From Bacteroidota bacterium (GTDB lineage: Bacteria > Bacteroidota > Bacteroidia > UBA8524): a DNA stretch of 64,000 nucleotides. Location of the stretch: positions 122-64,121 of the forward strand of contig SBGR01000061.1 in assembly GCA_006226545.1 (NCBI GenBank). Reading direction: 5' to 3'. The position numbers were made by a program, and so were the translations under genes. Of this stretch, positions 57,135 to 64,000 are shown in pieces. How positions within the stretch are numbered: position 1 is the stretch's first letter; each line of letters starts with the position of its first letter. The notes below the pieces were generated by a model. That model was not told the DNA's origin, ran no database searches, and saw nothing but the letters and a program-made list of their open reading frames with translations.

Positions 57135-57745
57135 AGGGCCTTGAATTGAAATCCGCGTTGGTGAAAATGTTCGAGGTAATCAGGCAATAGCTGAATCAAA
57201 TTATGCCGCGCTTTTTCGCTGTCGTGAAACAGGATAATCGACCCGGCCTCGCTGTGTTTCTTCAAAGCATAAGCACTTTCGGCCACGTCTAAATCTTTCT
57301 CGTAATCGCGTGAAAGTAAGGTCCACATGATCACTTTATAATCCGACTTCTTCAGTTTCAAAGCTTGCAAGGGCCCAATTTTGCCGTAAGGCGGACGAAA
57401 CAATTTGGTGTCGGTTAAGGCCTCACATTGTTCAATATTGGAGAGGTAAAAATCGTTTCCCGACTTCCACCCGTTCAGGTGGTTGAAGGTGTGGTTACCT
57501 AGCGAATGTCCTTCGGCTTGAATACGTTCTACCACCTCGGGGTAACGTTCTACATTGTCGCCAACACAGAAGAAGGTAGCCTTGGCTTGGAAGGCATTAA
57601 GTTGGTCCAAAACCCAAGGCGTAATCTCCGGGTGCGGGCCATCATCAAACGTAAGGTAGATAACAGGTTCTTTCTCTTTACTCACCTTCCAAGTGAGCAA
57701 AGGATTGAAGAGTTGAAATATTCCCGGTGTTGTATACCGATACAT
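57131..57745 (-). CDS. NodB-homology polysaccharide deacetylase (cytoplasmic; no signal peptide)
   Basis: All NodB-domain motifs present: TFDDGP, HSLGNHTFNH, RPPYG, LFHD. 204 aa, as for NodB/chitooligosaccharide deacetylases. Confidence 0.85.
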   Translation of the reverse strand: MYRYTTPGIFQLFNPLLTWKVSKEKEPVIYLTFDDGPHPEITPWVLDQLNAFQAKATFFCVGDNVERYPEVVERIQAEGHSLGNHTFNHLNGWKSGNDFYLSNIEQCEALTDTKLFRPPYGKIGPLQALKLKKSDYKVIMWTLLSRDYEKDLDVAESAYALKKHSEAGSIILFHDSEKARHNLIQLLPDYLEHFHQRGFQFKAL

Positions 57746-57817
57746 TTTTTGATTTTATCGAGCCTCGCTCAGTCATGACAAAGAATTTATTTCCTTTGTT
57801 GCTGGAGATTAAGCCCT

Positions 57818-59242
57818 ATGCCTAACGCAAAGATAATTTTATCCTTCACTTTACTGCTCCTTCTCATTAGCCCGGCTCAGGCACAGAAGGCGTGGACCTT
57901 GGAGGAATGTATTAGTCATGCGCATCAAAATAACCTGAACATCAAACTTCAGGAGATCAATGTGCAGACGGCTAAAATCAATTTAACCGAGGCGCGTATG
58001 CAGCCACTGCCGAGCTTAAATGCTACGGTGAATCAAGGTTATAACTTCGGACGTTCCATCGACCCTTTTACCAACCAGTTTGTGGTGTCGAGCTTGAGCA
58101 ATTCCAGAGCGAGTTTGTCTACCGGTATTACGCTCTTCAACGGTTTCCAGATTTACAATAACATGCAGTCGCGCAAGCACCTTTTCACGGCTAGCAAGTT
58201 CGATTTGGAGGTGAGTAAAAACGACCTCGGACTCAATATCGCTAATGCCTACCTGCAGGTCCTTTTCGCTAAAGAACTGGTGAAAAGCAATGAAGCACGT
58301 TTGCAAAGCAGCGAGGTGCAATTGCAGACCCAACAGAAATTTAAAGAAGCCGGACGGGTGGCTGAAAATGCTGTACTCGATATGGAGGCCCAGGTGGCCA
58401 ACGATAAACTCAATTTGGTGAATGCGCAGAATCAGCTCACCATGGCGAACCTTTCACTTTTTCAGTTTCTAGACCTAAACCCCGACAGCAATCAAGTGGC
58501 TGTTCCCGCCTTGGATTCCATTCCGGATGCCGGCGTGTTTAGCGCAGACCAATTGTATACTGCGTATGTGCAGTACGCACCTGAGTTGAAGGCAGCCAAT
58601 GCCCGACTCGAATCCGGTATCTACAGCTTGAGAGCAGCACGCGGCGCCTATTATCCTCGTTTGCTTTTGGGTGCCGATATCAATACTGTTTATTCGGAAA
58701 GTAACTTGCAACGCAGTTCCAGTGTTTTGGGTTACAGCCGATTGTACGATGCCAATGGCAATGTGATTAGCACCGTTCCGGTAAATACGTTTACAAGCGA
58801 TGGGGTAACGCCATTCTCTCGTCAGCTTTCAGATAACCTTGGACAGACGGTGGGTTTCTCACTCAGCATCCCGATTTTCAATAATTACCGCACCTTGGCT
58901 TCGGTAAAACGGGCGCATCTCAGTTATGAAAGCACGCGCATCAATAGCCTGCTCACGGAAAATACCTTGAAGCGTCAGATTACCCAGGCCTATACCGAAT
59001 ACACGGCTGCTAAGAGTCGCTATACCGCTTCGAAACAAAGTATGGACGCCCAGAAAGCGAGTTTAGACAATGCAGCGAAAAGACTAGCGGCCAACTTGAT
59101 TAGCACGGCTGATTACCGCGTATTGCAAAGCAATTATGAGGTGGCCGAGACCAATTATATTCAAGCGAAATACGAGCTCATGTTTCGCTATAAAATCATC
59201 GACTTTTACAAACACGGAAGTATAAAAGCGCCAAACGAATAA
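57818..59242 (+). CDS. TolC-family outer membrane efflux protein
   Basis: Signal peptide ending AQAQ, two long coiled-coil/helical repeats with intervening beta segments; 474 aa. Confidence 0.85.
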   Translation: MPNAKIILSFTLLLLLISPAQAQKAWTLEECISHAHQNNLNIKLQEINVQTAKINLTEARMQPLPSLNATVNQGYNFGRSIDPFTNQFVVSSLSNSRASLSTGITLFNGFQIYNNMQSRKHLFTASKFDLEVSKNDLGLNIANAYLQVLFAKELVKSNEARLQSSEVQLQTQQKFKEAGRVAENAVLDMEAQVANDKLNLVNAQNQLTMANLSLFQFLDLNPDSNQVAVPALDSIPDAGVFSADQLYTAYVQYAPELKAANARLESGIYSLRAARGAYYPRLLLGADINTVYSESNLQRSSSVLGYSRLYDANGNVISTVPVNTFTSDGVTPFSRQLSDNLGQTVGFSLSIPIFNNYRTLASVKRAHLSYESTRINSLLTENTLKRQITQAYTEYTAAKSRYTASKQSMDAQKASLDNAAKRLAANLISTADYRVLQSNYEVAETNYIQAKYELMFRYKIIDFYKHGSIKAPNE

Positions 59243-59246
59243 GGCT

Positions 59247-60557
59247 ATGGCTAAGAAGAAAAACAGAAAATGGATTTACATCGGTGGCGCATTGATCATC
59301 GTTTTTGGAACTTTGGTAGCGGTTAAGGCAAACCAAAAAACCAAACACGCCGTAAGCGTTGCCAAGGCCGAAGAAGCACAGATTACTGAGATTGTGGCTG
59401 CCAATGGTGTAGTACAACCGGAAGTGGAAGTGAAAATCAGCTCGGAGGTATCGGGTGAGATTGTAGACTTATACGTGAAAGAAGGCGATTCAGTAAAAGC
59501 CGGCATGCTGCTTTTGCAGGTGAATCCGGATATCAGCCAAAGTAACGTGGAACGCGCCATGGCTTCGGTACAAAATGCCAGAGCCAATTTTGAAGCGAGC
59601 AAAGCACGACTTGGTCAGGCGCAGGCTCGATTTAAGCAAGTGCAAGAGCAATTCAAACGCAACGAAAAACTGTTTAGAGAAAAGGTAATTGCCGAGGCTG
59701 AATACCAAATCTCCCGTGCCGATTTTGAAAGTGCCGAAGGCGAAGTTTCAGCAGCAGAGAAGGCCGTTGAAGCAGCTCGGTATACCGTAAAAAGTTTGGA
59801 GTCAACCTTAAGCGGCGAACAAAAGAGTTTGCAAAGAACCAGCATCTATGCGCCAATGGACGGCATCGTTTCTAAGCTGAATGTGAAAAAGGGCGAACGT
59901 GTTTTGGGTACCATTCAGATGTCGGGAACGGAACTTTTGCGCATCGCCGATTTCTCCAGCATGGAGCTAAACGTTGATGTAGGAGAAAGCGATATCATCC
60001 GCGTTAAAGTGGGCGATACCGCAGAGATAGAAGTAGACGCACACGATAAAGTGATCTTCAAAGGCGTGGTTCGGGAAGTAGCCAACTCGGCGAAGAACTT
60101 GGGCGTAAGCACCACAGACCAAGCCACCAATTTTGAAGTGAAGATCAGCATCTTGCCTTCTTCCTATGCGGAGTTGAAAGCCAAGTATCCAGACAAAGCA
60201 TCGCCATTTTTTCCGGGTATGTCGGGCATGGCTGAAATACACACCAATACTGTACGTAATGCCATTGCGGTTCCCATCGAAGCGGTAAGTACCCGTCAGC
60301 GCACGGATAGCACGGATAAAAAAGGAGAAAGCAAGACTACTGAAATAGTGTTTAAATTTGTCGACGGAAAAGCCGTTGAGGTGAAGGTGAAAACCGGTAT
60401 CCAAGACAATAACCTGATCCAGATTTTGGAAGGTGTTGACACGGGGATGCAGGTGATTACCGCACCGTACTTCTTGGTTGCCAAAGACCTTAAAGATGGC
60501 GACGAAGTAATGATTACGGACAAGGACAATTTGTACAAAAACACGAAGAAAGATTGA
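59247..60557 (+). CDS. HlyD/MacA-family periplasmic adaptor subunit (membrane fusion protein)
   Basis: N-terminal TM (WIYIGGALIIVFGTLVAV), biotinyl-lipoyl-like segment, long coiled-coil hairpin, beta-barrel and membrane-proximal domains (GIVSKLNVKKGERV...). Confidence 0.85.
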   Translation: MAKKKNRKWIYIGGALIIVFGTLVAVKANQKTKHAVSVAKAEEAQITEIVAANGVVQPEVEVKISSEVSGEIVDLYVKEGDSVKAGMLLLQVNPDISQSNVERAMASVQNARANFEASKARLGQAQARFKQVQEQFKRNEKLFREKVIAEAEYQISRADFESAEGEVSAAEKAVEAARYTVKSLESTLSGEQKSLQRTSIYAPMDGIVSKLNVKKGERVLGTIQMSGTELLRIADFSSMELNVDVGESDIIRVKVGDTAEIEVDAHDKVIFKGVVREVANSAKNLGVSTTDQATNFEVKISILPSSYAELKAKYPDKASPFFPGMSGMAEIHTNTVRNAIAVPIEAVSTRQRTDSTDKKGESKTTEIVFKFVDGKAVEVKVKTGIQDNNLIQILEGVDTGMQVITAPYFLVAKDLKDGDEVMITDKDNLYKNTKKD

Positions 60558-61552
60558 AGATAGCGGTTATTGGTGGCGGTAGTTGGGCCACAGCACTGGT
60601 TAAATTAATTAGCGATAAAGGGCTGGGCAAAGGCATTGAACTCACCTGGTGGTTGCGCCGCCAAGAGAGCATTGAGCACCTCAAGAAATACAAACACAAC
60701 CCGGATTACCTCAGTTCGGTGGTATTGCCAACCGAGCAGATCAATTTAACTACTTCATTGCCCGAGGCCATTGCCGATGTGGAGATGGTTATCTTAGCCA
60801 TTCCTTCGGCCTTCCTCTACGATCAACTCCAAGAACTTCCGGAGGATGCCTTCCAAGGTAAATGGGTGGCAAGCGCCATCAAAGGAGTGGTTCCGCAAAC
60901 CTATGAGGTGGTTGGAACCTACCTGAAGAACCGTTTCAAGATGCCGGAGAAGGACCTTTTGGTGATAGGCGGTCCTTGCCATGCTGAGGAGGTGGCGCTG
61001 GAAAAACTTTCTTTCTTAACCATCGCTTCAGGCTCACAGGCTAGTGCAGACAAGCTTGCTGCTATTCTGGAGTCGCGCTTCTTGAAAACCTCCACCAGCC
61101 TTGATTTGTACGGAACTGAATATGGCGCTGTTTTGAAAAATGTCTATGCCATCGCTAGTGGCATCTGCCACGGCTTAGGTTATGGCGATAATTTCCAGGC
61201 GGTATTGATGAGCCAAGCCATCAAAGAGATGGAGTATTTCTTGGATCAGGTGAGTCCGATGGAACGTGATGTAAACGACCACGTCTACTTGGGCGATTTG
61301 CTCGTTACAGCGTATTCCCAGTTTTCTCGTAACCGCACCTTTGGTAACATGATAGGCAAAGGCTATAGCGTCAAGTTTGCGCAGCTGGAGATGAACATGG
61401 TGGCAGAAGGTTATTATGCTACCAAGAGCATGCACGAGCTTCTTTGGAAGCTCAAAATCAATATGCCAATTCTGGAGGCCGTTTACAATATCATCTACCA
61501 GAATGCCATTCCGAAAAATGAGGCTCGCCGCCTGATAGAAACATTTGACTAA
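60554..61552 (+). CDS. gpsA: NAD(P)H-dependent glycerol-3-phosphate dehydrogenase
   Basis: KIAVIGGGSWATALVKL Rossmann motif and C-terminal GpsA region (NFQAVLMSQAIKEM...). TTG start overlaps the MFP stop. Confidence 0.93.
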   Translation: MKIAVIGGGSWATALVKLISDKGLGKGIELTWWLRRQESIEHLKKYKHNPDYLSSVVLPTEQINLTTSLPEAIADVEMVILAIPSAFLYDQLQELPEDAFQGKWVASAIKGVVPQTYEVVGTYLKNRFKMPEKDLLVIGGPCHAEEVALEKLSFLTIASGSQASADKLAAILESRFLKTSTSLDLYGTEYGAVLKNVYAIASGICHGLGYGDNFQAVLMSQAIKEMEYFLDQVSPMERDVNDHVYLGDLLVTAYSQFSRNRTFGNMIGKGYSVKFAQLEMNMVAEGYYATKSMHELLWKLKINMPILEAVYNIIYQNAIPKNEARRLIETFD

Positions 61553-61604
61553 AAGATGATGTTGCGCTGACATTGTGCCGTGGGCAAGATTTTACCTTTG
61601 GTCC

Positions 61605-62528
61605 ATGAGGCTGCGCATCCTGCTTTTCATTCCCTTCTTTCTCTTGCTGACTGCTTGGGGATTCTTCGGTCACCGGACTATCAACAATACCGCGATCTAC
61701 GCCCTACCCGAGCCACTCATTCATTTTTATAAGGCGCACGCCAACTACCTCACCGAACATTCAGTGGATGCCGACAAGCGCAGGCACATGGTAGAGGAAG
61801 AACCGGTTAGGCATTACCTCGACGCTGATTATTACGAACAAGCCTTGCCTCTGGATACCATTCCGCATTATTGGAATCAAGCCATCCAATGCTTTAGCGA
61901 AGACACCATCAAAGCCTACGGCATTGGTCCTTGGCACTTGGAGAAACAAGTCTATTTTTTGCAAAAAGCCTTTAGCGAAAAAGACATCGCTCGCATACTC
62001 AAGCTAAGCGCTGATGTGGGCCACTATACCGCCGATCTGCACGTTCCTTTGCATACTTCGCTCAACTACAACGGACAACTTACCAACCAAGTGGGTATCC
62101 ATGCCTTTTGGGAATCGAGGTTGCCGGAGCTCTTTGCAGAAGACTATAGCTTCTTTGTAGGCAAAGCCGAGTATATCCCGAACATTAATAAAGCCATCTG
62201 GACAGCCTTCGAGGCCTCCGTGGCAGCCCGCGATTCGGTATTGCGCTTTGAAAAACAACTGGACTCAACTTTCAAAGGAGAAAAGTATGCCTTTGAAGAC
62301 CGAGGCAAAGGATTGGTGAAGACTTATAGCAAAGCCTATTCAAAGGCTTACCACGAGATGCTTTCCGGTCAAGTAGAGCGACGCATGCAGGCGGCTATCA
62401 AGCTGCTTGCCGACCTCTGGTATACCGCTTGGGTGAATGCCGGCTCGCCGGATTTAGGAGAAGCGCCAAAACTTGCGCCGCCGGATTCCTCAGAATTGGT
62501 TAGTCCTAAGCTCGGCGACCACGACTAA
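61605..62528 (+). CDS. Secreted zinc-dependent S1/P1 nuclease / phospholipase C superfamily protein
   Basis: Signal peptide then WGFFGHRTI (W.GH start of mature S1/P1-type enzymes), HYLDAD and GHYTADLHVPLHTS (resembling D.HQPLH). ORF track start 61575. Confidence 0.5.
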   Translation: MRLRILLFIPFFLLLTAWGFFGHRTINNTAIYALPEPLIHFYKAHANYLTEHSVDADKRRHMVEEEPVRHYLDADYYEQALPLDTIPHYWNQAIQCFSEDTIKAYGIGPWHLEKQVYFLQKAFSEKDIARILKLSADVGHYTADLHVPLHTSLNYNGQLTNQVGIHAFWESRLPELFAEDYSFFVGKAEYIPNINKAIWTAFEASVAARDSVLRFEKQLDSTFKGEKYAFEDRGKGLVKTYSKAYSKAYHEMLSGQVERRMQAAIKLLADLWYTAWVNAGSPDLGEAPKLAPPDSSELVSPKLGDHD

Positions 62529-62588
62529 AGACCAAATTGCTCGCAGTTCTCGTTGGACTTAGAGAAAACGGCTAAATTTGGTTGACCT

Positions 62589-63800
62589 ATGAAATTTCTC
62601 CTATCACTTATCCTGTTACTTTCAGCTCTGCTAACTCAGGCCCAAGTGGCTGTTGAGCTGCCGAAGATGAATGTGGTCTATATCGGCCTAGACAATCCGC
62701 TGAATGTGGTGGTGCAAGGGGTGCCGAGGGAATACATGAAGATTCAAAGCACCGGAAATTGCCAGGTACTGGATACCAATGAATCCTATATTCTGAGATG
62801 CCGTAGAAGAGGAGATGAAAAGCTGCTTATTGTAAATTCACAAACCGGTGATACTCTTGGTGAAAGGTCGGTTCGTGTTCGTTCCATTCCCAAACCGGAA
62901 TTACGCTTTGGCACCTTGGAGTCAGGGTCTCATTCTAGAGGAGCCATTATGGCTCAACCCGGTTTGTATGCGACCTTAGGAGAAGGCTTTGCCTATGAAG
63001 GGGTAAAGTATGTGGTGGACTCAGCCTTGGTGATTTTAGAATCTTTTGAAGCAACGGTTGTTTGCAAGCAAAAGGGAACACGCACGCCATTGGAATTACG
63101 CGCTGCCATGCGCTCTGATTTCACACGCTTATTGGTGGTAGAGCCTTATGTGACAAGCATAGAAACCGATGAGCATTTGCTGGTATCCCCTTTATACATT
63201 ACGAATCGTTCGCTTACCGCCAAGGCAGTTGCGTTCTTTCCAAGCGCGAGCTGGGAAAAGACGATTCCGGAGCTGGGACAGTGCATCAGCCTCATGCACG
63301 ATTCCATTGTGTATTTTGAAGAGGGAAAACGCCATCTCGTTATTTCTAAAAGAGGAAAAGCAGGGCTTCCGAATGATTTACTGCATACGTCGGATAGAGA
63401 TACTGTTTTGCATATTGCACAGGGTCAATACCATTCATTTTACCCCGCCAATGTGAGAAAAGAAGAAGGGGAAGTGAGATTCTTGAGTGATACCTTGTTT
63501 AAGGCAAATGTTGAAGGTGTTAAAATGCTTTTAGCCGCTGGAATTGAACTCGCAAGCATACCTTACAGTGTTGAGATGAAATTAGATCACCACTATTACC
63601 CTGTTGGGGAATGGAAATATTATTACCCCAATGGAAAGTTAAAAGCTCAGGGAACCTATTCGATAGACGGGGTATTTGATAATGATACATGGTCTTTTGA
63701 GGATTATTCTCCAACAACACTTCAAATCAAACGGACAGGCATCTGGTATTTCTTCAATGACCAAGGTGAATTGGTGGAAAAGATCAACTACGATAAGTGA
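62589..63800 (+). CDS. Hypothetical secreted protein with C-terminal MORN/YwqK-like repeats
   Basis: Signal peptide ending TQAQ; C-terminal GEWKYYYPNGKLKAQGTY...G.W.FFNDQGEL repeats resemble MORN-variant (YwqK) repeats. Confidence 0.35.
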   Translation: MKFLLSLILLLSALLTQAQVAVELPKMNVVYIGLDNPLNVVVQGVPREYMKIQSTGNCQVLDTNESYILRCRRRGDEKLLIVNSQTGDTLGERSVRVRSIPKPELRFGTLESGSHSRGAIMAQPGLYATLGEGFAYEGVKYVVDSALVILESFEATVVCKQKGTRTPLELRAAMRSDFTRLLVVEPYVTSIETDEHLLVSPLYITNRSLTAKAVAFFPSASWEKTIPELGQCISLMHDSIVYFEEGKRHLVISKRGKAGLPNDLLHTSDRDTVLHIAQGQYHSFYPANVRKEEGEVRFLSDTLFKANVEGVKMLLAAGIELASIPYSVEMKLDHHYYPVGEWKYYYPNGKLKAQGTYSIDGVFDNDTWSFEDYSPTTLQIKRTGIWYFFNDQGELVEKINYDK

Positions 63801-64000
63801 GAGGGTCGCGGGATATGCGTCGTAAGTAGCGGGTATCGGGCTTTAGAAGTGAAGTCATTCGTTTTAGTATCAATGTTTTACTAGGGAATTAGATAGTCTA
63901 AATGTCTTAATGTCTTTTAGTCTGAATGTCAGGAAGCATCGCCTCCTTGTGTTTAAAAATTAAATTGGTTTAATTGCGGTACCTCTCTAATTTTGGTCGC

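Overview
This 64 kb window looks like chromosomal DNA from a Bacteroidota (Flavobacteriia/Cytophagia/Sphingobacteriia-type) genome. That reading rests on three things I could see in the sequence. (i) Four large secreted proteins end in type IX secretion (T9SS) C-terminal sorting domains: one type B (gliding-motility CTD) and three type A (Por_Secre_tail-like). (ii) Several genes carry a Bacteroidetes-type TAnnTTTG -7 box a few nt upstream of the ATG, with no Shine-Dalgarno sequence. (iii) Gene content is typical of the phylum: TPR sensor kinase, SusC-like TonB-dependent receptor, exbB-exbD-exbD cluster. Most of the window is housekeeping: glyA, metK, radA, purL, acnA, rpe, recF, pdhA, ribH, dgkA, gpsA. 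The start carries an O-antigen/EPS-type module (Wzx flippase, Wzz-like, Wzy/ligase-like). Five loci stand out. (1) A co-oriented locus at 47.2-57.7 kb has a NodB-type deacetylase, a processive NodC/PgaC/BcsA-like GT2 synthase (DxD, TED and QxxRW motifs) and three tandem, diverged paralogous PKD-rich T9SS cargo proteins. Each paralog is followed by a near-identical intrinsic terminator. A TolC-family outer membrane factor and an HlyD-family adaptor (MFP) sit divergently next to this locus with no inner-membrane pump. (2) An FNR-like flavoprotein is translationally coupled to a radical SAM/SPASM enzyme, just upstream of a 1447-aa Cys-rich T9SS type B protein. (3) A signal-peptide protein has a long [10 protein letters not shown] (ER/K single-alpha-helix-like) tandem repeat. 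(4) Two tandem paralogous small hydrophobic peptide genes lie upstream of purL; one of them is too short to appear in the ORF track. (5) A short dispersed repeat family (TGTAGGATTGTTAGA-like) occurs in three intergenic gaps, one of which also contains an (AACCTT)x4 microsatellite. I found no CRISPR array, rRNA/tRNA gene, integrase or transposase. All functional calls come from reading the translated sequences (motifs and architecture). None is backed by a database search.
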